A stretch of DNA of 64,000 nt from positions 480,001 to 544,000 of the forward strand of contig CAXXLF010000001.1 of assembly GCA_963664015.2 (NCBI GenBank), read 5' to 3'. Below are positions 50,564 through 61,347 of this stretch, one piece after another. Every line of letters begins with the position of its first letter. Position 1 is the first letter of the stretch. Source of the stretch: Candidatus Binatia bacterium (GTDB taxonomy: Bacteria > Desulfobacterota > Binatia > UBA9968 > CAXXLF01). The position numbers and the translations under genes are program-made. The notes beneath the pieces were generated by a model. That model saw only the letters and a program-made list of their open reading frames with translations, was not told the DNA's origin and did no database searches.

Positions 50564-51667
50564 TCAAGTGCGGCCTTGGCTGACCGGTGGCAACTTGGAA
50601 TGGATTCCTATCTTTTCAAGTTCCCCATAGAACTCTTCTCGGATCACCGGATCCTCTTGTTCGTAGCTGATATTCAATGATTCAGCGAAAGGATCCGTGG
50701 TCTGTGCGGTGGGCGAAACCCGCGTATATTCCCTGCCCCAACCGTATCGAATGCCAATTCCCCTGAAGGCCAACATCTTAAACGGCGTGGTCCCTGCGTT
50801 GAAGTGCTGGTGAAACTCGTTGAGGACGGGGGAAATGACCGTGTAGGGCTTAAGCAGCATTTTGCGCCTGTTCTTTTCGTCTCCGGGCATGAACAGGATT
50901 TCGTAACCTTTACCTTCTACAGTAATGACATGGGCACCCGGCCCATGTCGGTGGGCCGTCATATAGGTCCCCACCTGGACCTCGGCGATATGGATTCCAA
51001 TGTTCGTGCCGGCCATGGAAAGCCTCTGTACCTTGTGACGATGCCCGCGGACTAGATTTTCATCCAACGGGACTTGCCGAATGTCGGCAACAAAGTTGGT
51101 TTCAAAAGTCCGGTGCCGCCAATGTTTCCCTTTCCCAGCGAAAAAATCCTGCTGATCAGAGGAGAATCGGTCGTTGAAGACGAAAGGGTTATTAAAAACG
51201 TATTCCAAATTGTGAAACCAGTTGATCACATAAGGCATGTTGGTGCAGAAAAAGATCCGGCAAGGCTGGTCGCTGGATGCGTTGAATTCCTGATGCCATG
51301 CATTGAGAGGAATCGTTAGCAAGGCCCCCTCTTCCCATTCCACCGTTCGCTTGGGTTGACCCTCCTGCCAAATGGTGGTGGCCCCTTGCCCCTTCATCAC
51401 ATACATAATCGCCTCATACATGTGACGCTCCGGCTTGAGTTCGCCCTTGGGTGGAATTTCAATGATTTGTAAGTTATATGACTGCTCCTGGTTTCCCAGA
51501 CGGGTATAGGCGCATTTCCCTCCTCTGCGCTCCCATTCCCCTAAGGGTATGGTCGCCATATCTTCCAGAGCGCTTCCCTCATAGAGGGGAACCCCTTCCC
51601 GATGGACAAAATCTTGAAACGAGCTCTTGATGTACCACTGGTCGAAGTTGTCTTCCGTTTTAGACAT
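50564..51667 (-). CDS. Bi-cupin protein (gentisate 1,2-dioxygenase-like fold)
   Basis: ERHMYE..G.G.T, PLNAWHQ, AHRHGPGAH, FHQHFN. Confidence 0.78.
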   Translation of the reverse strand: MSKTEDNFDQWYIKSSFQDFVHREGVPLYEGSALEDMATIPLGEWERRGGKCAYTRLGNQEQSYNLQIIEIPPKGELKPERHMYEAIMYVMKGQGATTIWQEGQPKRTVEWEEGALLTIPLNAWHQEFNASSDQPCRIFFCTNMPYVINWFHNLEYVFNNPFVFNDRFSSDQQDFFAGKGKHWRHRTFETNFVADIRQVPLDENLVRGHRHKVQRLSMAGTNIGIHIAEVQVGTYMTAHRHGPGAHVITVEGKGYEILFMPGDEKNRRKMLLKPYTVISPVLNEFHQHFNAGTTPFKMLAFRGIGIRYGWGREYTRVSPTAQTTDPFAESLNISYEQEDPVIREEFYGELEKIGIHSKLPPVSQGRT

Positions 51668-51698
51668 AACAGGGTTCCTTTAAATTAAAAACTTGGAT

Positions 51699-52874
51699 TT
51701 ACCTTTTAATGATAAGGGAGGAGCCTTTTTGTTTTTCCTGCTCTTGTCCCTTCTCCTGCGCGCTGTATAGGGCCAGGCTCCTCTGGATCAACCCATAGAG
51801 GAAAGGGACCCCTAGCCCGCCCAGGTCGCGTTCTTTCACGGCAAGGGACACAGCCAAAGCAATCAGGGCCGGATCCTTCCGATCTGTTAAATAGAGATAG
51901 AGGGCCATGTCCTCCATACGCCGGGTAAAGGTCTCGCCCGCTTCTGTAATAAAAAGCTCCCGTACTATTTCGCTGATCAATCGGCCCATACGCTCTTCTT
52001 TTTGGAGGGGATTGAGAACCAACCGGCTCTCCAAGGCTTCCTCGATACGGATCGCGTATGGCTGGATCCAATCCTCATCCAGGACCCAAGTGCGAAACTC
52101 GGGTTCCTCCAAAAGTTTTTGCGACGACTCCCGCCATGCCCCGGAACGGGCGTCCAGCGTATTCAAGTGATCATAAACAGGATGCGGTCTCGAAGAGGGC
52201 TTGGCCAAATTCATGTGCGCCCTGATCTGTAAAAATTGCTCCAGCCCTTCCCGTCCTGATCCCTTAGCCTTCTCAAAGGCCTCATACAAAACCCAATCTA
52301 CATAATCCCAGGGAACGGGGATCAAAGTGATGCCGTGCTTTTCCTTGATATCCGCCACCATACGACGCAGATCTTTTCGACGCAGCGCCGAGCCGCCGAG
52401 CTGGATCAACCCTTGCCGATCGTTAACGATCCCCTGGATCATATCAATCCCGCTCCCGAACTGAGGTTTGACCAACCACACCAGCCGGTTGCCACCGCCA
52501 TCTACCGACGAGAAGTATCCCTCAATTTTCGGACCCAACCCGAAGACGGACGTTTCAGTCTTCTCCAATCCCTCTTTCCCCTTTGGAGCGACCAAGCCCT
52601 TCTGGGCTAATTTGAACAAGGAGCGCCGAATTTCCCGTTTGACCTCACGATCTATCGCCTTGGGCTCCAATCCGGTTAGCGCCTCAACCGCAGTGGGATC
52701 CACAATTCGCCCTAAGAGAAAGATTACGGCCAGGTCCATTTCTTTGCCCGTGCCGAAATGGAAGACCAAGAAATCGATGGCGCTTACTAAAGGATCCCCA
52801 GCGGGGAATCCCCCTTTGCGCAACTCCTCCTGGCCCCTTCGGATGGCCCTCTGTCTGATATCCTGCTTAGCCAA
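51699..52874 (-). CDS. Conserved hypothetical protein (HEAT-like N-terminus)
   Basis: Long ORF, REIRRSLFKL, SSVDGGGNR, C-terminal SSLII. Confidence 0.65.
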   Translation of the reverse strand: MAKQDIRQRAIRRGQEELRKGGFPAGDPLVSAIDFLVFHFGTGKEMDLAVIFLLGRIVDPTAVEALTGLEPKAIDREVKREIRRSLFKLAQKGLVAPKGKEGLEKTETSVFGLGPKIEGYFSSVDGGGNRLVWLVKPQFGSGIDMIQGIVNDRQGLIQLGGSALRRKDLRRMVADIKEKHGITLIPVPWDYVDWVLYEAFEKAKGSGREGLEQFLQIRAHMNLAKPSSRPHPVYDHLNTLDARSGAWRESSQKLLEEPEFRTWVLDEDWIQPYAIRIEEALESRLVLNPLQKEERMGRLISEIVRELFITEAGETFTRRMEDMALYLYLTDRKDPALIALAVSLAVKERDLGGLGVPFLYGLIQRSLALYSAQEKGQEQEKQKGSSLIIKR

Positions 52875-53078
52875 TCTTTTCCCCGATTCCCTTGCTAAAT
52901 CCAGCCGTTCCGCTTAAAAAGCAAAGCGTCCTTACTCTTGACATATTTCCACTGGGTTGCCAAGGGTCGCAAAAAAGCCAGAGATCAGTCATCAGCCGTC
53001 AGCATTCAGCCAAAGCGGATAATGGCCTTGATGGTTCCGACGGGGAGAGACCGGAACGGTGAGCTAGTCGAACCAAAG

Positions 53079-53268
53079 ACCCTGAGCATCCGATACTGGA
53101 GCATCGGTGATTCTCTGACTCATTGTGCCCGGCAGAAGGAGACATCCCACGAGAAATACCGGGACGGCAAGACCGTCCGGTCAGCGGTCGCTCCGCCCTT
53201 AGCTCCAGCTTTCCACCCTAGAGGACTGAGTAGGTCGATAACGGTTAGTGGGTTGGGCATCGAGGGGT
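53079..53268 (+). ncRNA. Candidate structured ncRNA of about 190 nt (family unassigned)
   Basis: Five end-to-end helices with G-U pairs plus an apical hairpin, paired by eye. Confidence 0.45.
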
Positions 53269-53361
53269 GATCGATTCTTATCAGCCATTCGGGCCGCACT
53301 TGACAACCCCCGCTATGCCAGTTAATTGATTGGAAGACCAAAAGCGGACAGGAGGAAAGTT

Positions 53362-54150
53362 ATGGCAGGCGGAACCATCGAGCAAAGGACAGAAGACGGG
53401 ATCCTCGTTCTCGAAATCAACAATCCCCCCGTTAACTCCTATACCCATGAGATGCTTCGCCAGTTGGACGAATGCATTCTCCAGGCTCGATTCGATGATT
53501 CGATCCATGCAATTGTCATCACTGGAAACGGGGAAAAGTTTTTTTCCGCCGGGGCCGACATCAACATGCTGGCCAAGCAGCCTCTTTCGTACAAGTACAA
53601 TTTCGCGGTGCACGGCAATGAAGTTCTCACCCGCATGGAGAGAACGCCAAAACTCATCATTGCTGCGATCAACGGCCACGCCATCGGCGGTGGACTGGAG
53701 ATCTCCATGGCAACGGATATTCGTATCGCCAAGAAGGATGCAGGACGCGTTGGCCTGGCTGAAATCAACCTGGGCGTCATGCCCGGTATGGGTGGAACAC
53801 AACGTCTTCCGCGCCTGGTCGGTAGGAGCCGGGGCCTGGAACTATGCGCCACTGGAAGGCAGATCGCCTTTGAGGAAGCCCTCGACATGGGCTTGATCAA
53901 CTATATCTATGAACGGGAAGACTTCATGGACCAGGTGATGGATTACGCGCGCCAGTTTGTTCCGCCCAACAAGGCAAGCTTCGCCGTGGGCAAAGTCAAA
54001 CGAGCCATCCATTCGGGGATGGAAGTCTCCTTGGCTGAAGGTCTGGCCATGGAACATGAAGTTCTCTATCAGGCTTTTGGTAGCGAGGACGGTAACGAAG
54101 GCGTGAAGGCTTACCTGGAGAAAAGAACCGCTAAATATCAGGGCAAGTAA
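53362..54150 (+). CDS. Enoyl-CoA hydratase/isomerase
   Basis: FSAGADI, GGGLEI, AEINLGVMPGMGGTQRL; GGAGG SD. Confidence 0.92.
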   Translation: MAGGTIEQRTEDGILVLEINNPPVNSYTHEMLRQLDECILQARFDDSIHAIVITGNGEKFFSAGADINMLAKQPLSYKYNFAVHGNEVLTRMERTPKLIIAAINGHAIGGGLEISMATDIRIAKKDAGRVGLAEINLGVMPGMGGTQRLPRLVGRSRGLELCATGRQIAFEEALDMGLINYIYEREDFMDQVMDYARQFVPPNKASFAVGKVKRAIHSGMEVSLAEGLAMEHEVLYQAFGSEDGNEGVKAYLEKRTAKYQGK

Positions 54151-54212
54151 ACACCGCCGCACCTATCGGCATTAAAAATCAAGACTACGAGAAATCAAAC
54201 TGGAGGTTATGC

Positions 54213-55676
54213 ATGGCCAAGTTGTTAATTGGCGGGGAACAGGTCGACTCGGTTGGCAAAGAGACCTATGAGGTACGCAATCCGGCGACCGGCGAGGTTG
54301 TGGACAGTGCCGTCAAGGGCACGGTCAAAGACGTAGAACAAGCGATCGATGCCGCCGAGTCCGCATTCAAGGAATGGGCCGACGTCACGGCCGAGGACCG
54401 CGGCAAGATGCTAACCAACGCGTGCGATCTGATCAAGGAAAAAGCCAAAGAGATCGCCCAGCTTCTGACCCAGGAACAGGGAAAGACTCTCTTTGAGGCT
54501 AATCTCGAGATTCATCACCTGCTGCACGGCCTGGAGTTTTATGCCGGATTGGCCTCAAAGGTCAGAGGCTCCCATGTCCCCCTGCCTCAGAAAAACGCGT
54601 ACGGCATGGTCATCCGTCAGCCCATCGGGATCTGTGGCGGAATCATTCCCTGGAATTTTCCACTAACGCTCATGGGCACCAAGCTTGGGCCCGCTTTAGC
54701 TGCAGGCAATACGGTTATCGTCAAGCCGGCCAGCACCACACCCCTCGCAACCCTGCTTTGCCTGGAGCAAATCCAGAAAGCCACCTACGGTGAAGGCAAG
54801 CAACAAAAAACGCTTCCCAAAGGAGCAATCAACGTGGTGACAGGCCCCGGTAGCACCGTCGGCGAAGAACTGCTGCGTAACCCCAGGGTTAGACGAATCG
54901 CGTTTACCGGTTCCACTGAGATCGGTCGTCATGTCATGGAGGTCGCGGGCAGGGAGATCAAACGGGTCACCCTGGAATTGGGAGGCAGTGATCCCATGAT
55001 TGTGATGGAAGATGCCAACGTCGACCTGGCAGTCAAGATGGCCGATATCGGCCGCTTCTTCAATTGCGGCCAGATGTGTCTTGGGGTCAAGCGTCTCTTC
55101 CTCCACGAATCCATTGCGGATCAGTTCATCGGCGGTCTGACAGAGCTGCTCAAAAAGAAAACCGTGGGCAACGGAATGAGTAAGGAAAGCCGCATGGGTC
55201 CACTGCACATCGACTACCAGAGAAAAGAGGTCGAAGAGCAGGTAGAAGACGCCAAGGCCAGAGGTGCCAAGGTCATCATCGGTGGCGAGAGACCTGAGGG
55301 AAAAGAGTTAGAGAACGGCTTTTTCTATCTACCGACACTTCTGACTGATGTCCCTGACGATGCACGCATCACGACAGAAGAGTGTTTTGGGCCCGCGCTG
55401 CCGGTCTATACGTTTAAGGATCTGAACGAGGCTATCGAAAAAGCCAATAGCTCGGAATACGGACTGGGCTCATCCATCTGGACCCGCAACATGATCTATG
55501 CCAACAAAGCCATCGACAAACTTCAGGCGGGCAATGTATGGGTGAATTCGCTGCACTACGGCTACGACGAACTCCCCTTTGGCGGGGTAAAATCTAGCGG
55601 CGTAGGACGCGAACACGGCCCTGAGGCGCTGGACTACTACCTGGAACCCAAGGGCGTCGTCATTGTAAACGTATAA
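54213..55676 (+). CDS. NAD-dependent aldehyde dehydrogenase
   Basis: PWNFP, FTGS, LELGG, NCGQMC, EECFGP, PFGGVKSSG. Confidence 0.94.
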   Translation: MAKLLIGGEQVDSVGKETYEVRNPATGEVVDSAVKGTVKDVEQAIDAAESAFKEWADVTAEDRGKMLTNACDLIKEKAKEIAQLLTQEQGKTLFEANLEIHHLLHGLEFYAGLASKVRGSHVPLPQKNAYGMVIRQPIGICGGIIPWNFPLTLMGTKLGPALAAGNTVIVKPASTTPLATLLCLEQIQKATYGEGKQQKTLPKGAINVVTGPGSTVGEELLRNPRVRRIAFTGSTEIGRHVMEVAGREIKRVTLELGGSDPMIVMEDANVDLAVKMADIGRFFNCGQMCLGVKRLFLHESIADQFIGGLTELLKKKTVGNGMSKESRMGPLHIDYQRKEVEEQVEDAKARGAKVIIGGERPEGKELENGFFYLPTLLTDVPDDARITTEECFGPALPVYTFKDLNEAIEKANSSEYGLGSSIWTRNMIYANKAIDKLQAGNVWVNSLHYGYDELPFGGVKSSGVGREHGPEALDYYLEPKGVVIVNV

Positions 55677-55684
55677 ACTGGGAT

Positions 55685-56590
55685 TCAGCCATCAAAATCC
55701 AACCAAGGCAATTTACCACTGGATCGCTTCGAGAATATTTGAGAAATCATCGGTCCATACCCACGCCTGAGCGAGCAGCCCACCCACCGCCGGTTTTCCA
55801 CCAGGCCCAGGAGATCGCCCGGCTGACGGGCCATCACGACACACCGAGACGAAAAATTTCCCCGTCTCTTATCCGATCGACCGGTAAATCTATGTTCTTG
55901 CGAGAGGCAAACCAGATTGGCTTCCCGTGCCACATTACCCAAAATGGTTTTAAGATCCAGGTACTGATTGGAAATATGAAACACCAGGATCCCTTGATCG
56001 TCAAGTTTGGTTCAATATAGCTTGATCGCCTCTCGTGTAATGAAATGTAGGGGAATCGAGTCCGAACTGAAAGCGTCGAGTACGATCAACCCGAAATGCC
56101 CGTCTGCCTCACGTTTAAGAGTTAGACGGGCGTCGCCGAGTATCACTTCAACCGTGGGAGGACAATCTTTGAGATAGGTAAATAATCGGGCTTCCCGTGC
56201 GATTCGTTCGACAGCAGGGTCGATCTCGTAAAAGATGAATCCCTGATCGACAGTTCCATGACAGGCCATGGACCCATTGCCGAGTCCCACGACAGCCACT
56301 CTCGGCCCTCGGACGGGCGCCGAAAAAGGCCTCGAACACCTGCCCAATGGGCCCCCTGCGGGTATAGTACGTAAGGGGCAAATTGCGCTGCGAAGGCTTG
56401 AGACCCTGCATGCCATGATTTATGTTCCCATGGACTAGAAGATGGAATCGGATGTCCGCGTCGCGAACGACCCGGTGGTTCCCAAAGAAGCTTCTCTCGT
56501 TGTGCAACACTCGACCACGGTCCTCGTAAAACAGAGGGGCAAGTAACAAACACCCAATCGCCAAACCGAAATCTTAGCTGAACCCTCAGG
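55685..56590 (-). pseudogene. 5'-truncated fragment of a fused MFS/spermidine-synthase-like protein
   Basis: RSFFG, HG..HGMQ, PLTYY, VVGLG.GS, YEIDP, GDARL, DAFSSDSIP, FHISN.YLDL split by frameshifts and an in-frame TGA at 56012. Confidence 0.85.
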
Positions 56591-56648
56591 GGAGGCAAGG
56601 ACCATAAATAGCCCTCAAGCTACTGAAAGCACAAGGAACGAGGTAAAA

Positions 56649-56722
56649 TGGGCCCACCTGGATTCGAACCAGGGACCTACCGGTTATGAGCCGGTGGCTC
56701 TAACCAGCTGAGCTATGGGCCC
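56649..56722 (-). tRNA. tRNA-Ile2 (CAT anticodon, lysidine type); CCA not encoded
   Basis: GGGCCCATAGCTCAGCTGGTTAGAGC..CTCATAA..GGTTCGAATCC..GGGCCCA; position after rpoD is typical for Ile2. Confidence 0.92.
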
Positions 56723-56759
56723 ATGAAGGGGTTAGTTAATCGGCCAACAACCAGGAGGT

Positions 56760-58631
56760 CTAGCTGCCCTCCATGAAGCTTCTGAGTCGTTTGCTGCGGC
56801 TGGGGTGCCTCAGTTTGCGCAAGGCCTTGGCCTCGATCTGCCGGATCCGCTCTCGAGTGACGGCGAATTTTTGTCCTACTTCTTCCAGCGTATGATCGGA
56901 TCTCTCGCCGATACCAAAACGCATCCTTAAGACCTGCTCTTCGCGCGGTGTCAGAGTCGCCAGGACTTTCTTGGTCTGCTCTTGAAGGTTGAGACTGATT
57001 ACGGCATCGGAGGGCGGCACGATCCGCTTGTCCTCGATAAAATCACCCAAATGGCTGTCCTCCTCCTCACCGACGGGGGTTTCCAAAGAGATCGGCTCCT
57101 TGGCAATCTTCAAAACCTTTCTCACCTTGTCCAGTGGGATCTCCATCTTGGCAGCGATCTCTTCCGGGTTGGGCTCGCGGCCGATTTCCTGGACCAGATA
57201 ACGGGAGGTCCGAATCAGCTTGTTGATGGTCTCGATCATATGGACCGGGATTCGAATAGTCCGGGCCTGGTCCGCTATGGCACGTGTGATCGCTTGGCGG
57301 ATCCACCACGTCGCATAGGTCGAGAACTTGTGGCCCCGCTGATATTCGAACTTGTCTACGGCCTTCATCAACCCGATATTCCCTTCCTGGATCAGGTCCA
57401 GGAACTGGAGCCCCCGATTAGTGTATTTCTTTGCGATGCTCACCACCAAACGAAGATTGGCTTCAATCAATTGTTTCTTGGCAATATTCGCCTTGGCCTC
57501 TTCTCTAATAATACAGCAAACACGGCGCTCGATCTCTCCGGCCGGGATTTCCAACTGGTTCTCAAGCCATTTGACCTCCCGACGGGCACTTCGGATACCT
57601 TCTGCCATCTGTCGGATAGCCTCTTGGCTCATACGCAGAGTACCCACGGCCCGCTGCCAATTTTTCTTTTGTTCATTGGATGACGGAATCAGCTTGAGCA
57701 TTTCCTGTGCGGATTTTCCAGTCTTTTCCTCAAATTCCCTTACACGGCCCTGCATCCGACGCAAGTGCCCGAGAGCCTGTTTCAGGTTACCTGTGATGGC
57801 GTCGATTTGTTTGCGATTGAGCTGCAACCCCTTGAGACGTTTCACAATCTTGTCCCGCTGTTTAACTAACGCGTCTTCCAGGGTTATTTTTCTTTTCGCC
57901 GAGAGGGGGGTCTTCTTCAGCTTCTTCTCAATCTCTTCCTTTTCCTTGGCCAGTTTGCGCAACTTGTCAGTCTGTTCGAGGAGTTTTTTTTCGTAGACTT
58001 CCTCTTTCTCGAAGTAGTCCAATTCATCTTCGAAATCATCGGTAATTTCCCGAACCCTTATTTCGTGGCGTGAAAGCTGCTCGCCCAACTCCAAAACATA
58101 CTGCAGGGCCGATGGACAGGAGAGAACCTCATCGATGACCTGCCTTTCGCCCTCCTCAATTTCCGTGGCTATCACGACCTCGCCCTCGCGACTGAGCAGG
58201 GAAATGGTTCCCATCTCACGCAGGTACATCCGGACTGGGTCCCCGGTTTTGCCGCTGACGTCCCCTTCCGCCTCGACTTCCACCTCCCGTTCGTCATCGT
58301 CGTCGTCGGTGGTAGCAGATTCCTCGCCCTGGCCGGTGAGAGCCTCCCTTTGATTGGAATCGACCACTTCGATATCCATCTCACCGAAGATGGACATCAC
58401 GTCATCTATCTGGTCTGCAGAGACGATATCCGCAGGTAGAATTTCGTTAAGCTCATCGTAGGTAAGGTATCCCTTCTCCTTACCTATATCGATAAGCTTT
58501 TTGACTTCCTTGATGTTTTTCTTACGCTTGCCTGAATTATCAGAACCGTCATCCGGTTCTAACGCCACCCCGTTTTCAGGGCGAGCCTCTGCTGCTCCAA
58601 GCTGCGCTCTTTTTGTATTACTTCTTGCCAT
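56760..58631 (-). CDS. rpoD: RNA polymerase primary sigma factor
   Basis: [45 protein letters not shown]. Confidence 0.97.
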   Translation of the reverse strand: MARSNTKRAQLGAAEARPENGVALEPDDGSDNSGKRKKNIKEVKKLIDIGKEKGYLTYDELNEILPADIVSADQIDDVMSIFGEMDIEVVDSNQREALTGQGEESATTDDDDDEREVEVEAEGDVSGKTGDPVRMYLREMGTISLLSREGEVVIATEIEEGERQVIDEVLSCPSALQYVLELGEQLSRHEIRVREITDDFEDELDYFEKEEVYEKKLLEQTDKLRKLAKEKEEIEKKLKKTPLSAKRKITLEDALVKQRDKIVKRLKGLQLNRKQIDAITGNLKQALGHLRRMQGRVREFEEKTGKSAQEMLKLIPSSNEQKKNWQRAVGTLRMSQEAIRQMAEGIRSARREVKWLENQLEIPAGEIERRVCCIIREEAKANIAKKQLIEANLRLVVSIAKKYTNRGLQFLDLIQEGNIGLMKAVDKFEYQRGHKFSTYATWWIRQAITRAIADQARTIRIPVHMIETINKLIRTSRYLVQEIGREPNPEEIAAKMEIPLDKVRKVLKIAKEPISLETPVGEEEDSHLGDFIEDKRIVPPSDAVISLNLQEQTKKVLATLTPREEQVLRMRFGIGERSDHTLEEVGQKFAVTRERIRQIEAKALRKLRHPSRSKRLRSFMEGS

Positions 58632-60349
58632 TCGAGGATCCTGTCCTTTCTGGCTTTTTCATCCATCTTTTCTTCCGCAAGACGGATAGCCTTACACAAG
58701 TCAGCCTCTAACGTTTTTAAATGCCTCAAGCGCAGATGAAAAAGGCAGTCCTCAGTCATCTGGCCACTCTCGTTTTCCTGTATGTTTTCCCCTTGAAGTG
58801 CGAGGGCAGTCAGCACCGACGCTTGACGGGGCTGCAGCTCTTCGGTCAGACGAGCCAGGCTTACTTCCCCCCGTTCTCTCCACTCGGTAAGTATTTTTTG
58901 AATCAACCCCCTCCATCTGGGATTGACTAGCCCATCCAACTCACTTTCCTGTTCCACCCGTCCCAGGGCATCCGGAAAATTGAGCATCAATGTCACTAAG
59001 GAGGACTCGGCACGATCCACCGCCATCCTCTCGCCCAGAATCTGTTCTTGACCCTCTTGACGCTCTCCCCCATTCCCCTTTGACCGCACCGGCGCCCGGC
59101 GCAAGAGCTCTTCTCGAATACCCAGAGCCTCGGAAGCCCGGCGACTCAACAGGTCAACCTCGAAAGGACTGCGCACTTTTGCCAAAACTCGATTGACCTC
59201 CTGAGCGACCTGACTCTTACCCTCTAGTTTAGATCCGTATTGCCCCTGAAGCCAAGTGAAGTAAAAGTCGGCCATGGGAACCGCATGATCCAGAATTGCT
59301 TCCAGTGCCTCTTTACCGTGGGTGCGCACGAAGGTGTCGGGGTCTTCTCCCTGCGGAAGGAATGCGGTCTGACCCAGCAGTCCCCCTTCCACAAAGATCT
59401 CAAAACTGCGCGCGGCTGCTTTTCGCCCCGCGTCGTCCCCATCAAACAGGGCGATGACGTTCTTGTTATAACGTCTCAGTATCCGCACGTGATCAGGCGT
59501 CAGGGCCGTACCTAGTGTTGCAACTGCATACCCAAGACCCAACTGATGCATGGCCAAGACGTCCAGATACCCCTCCACCACGACTACACGATTGGCGGAT
59601 CGGATAGCCTCCTTGGCCTGAAAGAGACCGTAGAGCTGGGACCCTTTGTGAAAAAGTGGTGTCTCGGCTGAATTCAAATACTTGGGTAAACCGTCACCGA
59701 GGGTTCGACCTCCGAACCCTGCAACCTTCCCCCCCGCGTCAATGATAGGAAACATGACTCGGCCAAAGAACTTCTCACCGTACCGTTCCTGTCCCCGTTC
59801 ACTCAACAGCCCCACGGCGACCGCGTCCTTCAAAGTCCATCCGTCTTTCTGTAGAAAGGAGATAAGCCCCCCGGCCCCCGCAGCATAACCGAGACAGAAG
59901 CGTCGGATGGCGCGTTCATCAACCCCCCTTGCGCTGAGATAGTCACGGGCCTTCTTTCCGTCCGGATGGAGGCTGAGGACCTTGTGAAAATAGGCTGCGG
60001 CTCTTTCATTGAGTCGGGAAAGACTCTCCCGCTGCTTATTTCCAACCGAAGAACGTTCCCGATTCTCGAACTGAATTCCGTAACGCTTGGCTACATTTTC
60101 AACGGCCTCCGGGAAGGTGAGGTTCTCCGATTGCATCAAAAAACTAAACACGTTCCCGCCCACATGACAACCGAAGCAATGAAAAATTCCTTTTTCCTCA
60201 TTGACAGTAAAAGAAGGTGTTTTTTCCGAATGAAAGGGACACAGGCCAGTGTGATTATGTCCCAGCTTCTTAAGGGTAAGATGATCGGATACGACCTCTA
60301 CGATGGAGGCCCGTTCCCGAATCTCAATGATTTTATCCTCGCCAATCAT
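58559..60349 (-). CDS. dnaG: DNA primase
   Basis: CPFH.EKTPSF..CFGC, KYLNS, VEGYLD, FDGDDAG, DPD. Confidence 0.97.
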   Translation of the reverse strand: MIGEDKIIEIRERASIVEVVSDHLTLKKLGHNHTGLCPFHSEKTPSFTVNEEKGIFHCFGCHVGGNVFSFLMQSENLTFPEAVENVAKRYGIQFENRERSSVGNKQRESLSRLNERAAAYFHKVLSLHPDGKKARDYLSARGVDERAIRRFCLGYAAGAGGLISFLQKDGWTLKDAVAVGLLSERGQERYGEKFFGRVMFPIIDAGGKVAGFGGRTLGDGLPKYLNSAETPLFHKGSQLYGLFQAKEAIRSANRVVVVEGYLDVLAMHQLGLGYAVATLGTALTPDHVRILRRYNKNVIALFDGDDAGRKAAARSFEIFVEGGLLGQTAFLPQGEDPDTFVRTHGKEALEAILDHAVPMADFYFTWLQGQYGSKLEGKSQVAQEVNRVLAKVRSPFEVDLLSRRASEALGIREELLRRAPVRSKGNGGERQEGQEQILGERMAVDRAESSLVTLMLNFPDALGRVEQESELDGLVNPRWRGLIQKILTEWRERGEVSLARLTEELQPRQASVLTALALQGENIQENESGQMTEDCLFHLRLRHLKTLEADLCKAIRLAEEKMDEKARKDRILEWQEVIQKERSLEQQRLALKTGWR

Positions 60350-60888
60350 GCCAACCGCCTTGGATCCTTCTTTTCCCCCGTCTCGTCATCTTGGGATGAG
60401 GGGGAAAAAAACTGATCCTTGCCGATCTGAACCAACCCTTGGCCGAATCGATTGAGGGGTGGGACAAGATAGGAATTATCCACCGTATCCTTCATTGTCT
60501 TTGGGATAAATGTCGCAGAGCTTAGAAAAAAGAGAATCAAAGCGAGGAAGACCGCCCCTTTACCAACTCCAACGACGACGCCTCCCACCCGATTAAAGCC
60601 CGCAAGGAAGAGGAAACGAGCCCACCGTTGGAACAACCAACCCACCAGATTAAAAACGAAATATACCGCCAGGAACACCAAGAGAAAACCAATGGCTTTG
60701 AGGATAATCGGGGAGACATTCCAAAATTCTTGGCCCATTTTAGCCACCGTTTCGTTATACTGAAACGCTGCTATGAATCCGGCAAAGATCCCCAGGACAG
60801 ATAAGACTTCAAGGAATAGCCCACGGAAATAACCTCGGACGGCAAATAGGGCAAGGAGAACAACCAGCGTCAAATCGACATTATTCAC
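60346..60888 (-). CDS. CvpA (colicin V production) family protein
   Basis: N.VD..RGYFRG..EV, NRVGG..G..KG. Confidence 0.85.
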   Translation of the reverse strand: MNNVDLTLVVLLALFAVRGYFRGLFLEVLSVLGIFAGFIAAFQYNETVAKMGQEFWNVSPIILKAIGFLLVFLAVYFVFNLVGWLFQRWARFLFLAGFNRVGGVVVGVGKGAVFLALILFFLSSATFIPKTMKDTVDNSYLVPPLNRFGQGLVQIGKDQFFSPSSQDDETGEKKDPRRLA

Positions 60889-60988
60889 GTTAGATTAGTT
60901 TGGGATGGGTTTGAGACAGACACTAAAGACGACCACCTAAAGGTTCTGCTCAATGATTGACGGCAAGGCTTTGAGGACTCTCGATGAA

Positions 60989-61189
60989 TTAAAAGAAACG
61001 TGATATTCGGGCCCGCTTCAAGGCCCTTTTTCTTGCCGCTATTGCTTTCTTCTTCCTTTTGATACTGGGCTTTTCGAAATGCTCACGCTTGCGAAGCTCT
61101 GCCAAAATTCCGGCTTTTTCGCATTGCTTCTTAAAACGTCGGATGGCGCTTTCAATGGATTCGTTATCCCTGATCCTAACTCCAGTCAT
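60989..61189 (-). CDS. rpsU: 30S ribosomal protein S21
   Basis: [29 protein letters not shown]. Confidence 0.97.
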   Translation of the reverse strand: MTGVRIRDNESIESAIRRFKKQCEKAGILAELRKREHFEKPSIKRKKKAIAARKRALKRARISRFF

Positions 61190-61347
61190 AACTTCAATCT
61201 GTCCCCTATCTTTTGCATAATAAATGCCTACTCCCCTAAATTACAACTATATCCAATCTGTTCTTTAAGTCAAGCTGCTAGCAGGCTTTTTCCGCTCCTT
61301 GAAGTACCGGCTGGAGATGAGACCTCCGCTGCCCAGGGTCATCCAGA

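Noticed and set aside
52938-53341. ORFs 52938-53270 and 53120-53341
   Set aside because: They span repeats and a structured non-coding segment and show no protein features
56982-57996. Long antisense ORFs (233 aa and 214 aa) over rpoD, and similar shadow ORFs elsewhere
   Set aside because: Typical antisense shadows of conserved GC-rich genes, with no motifs or RBS
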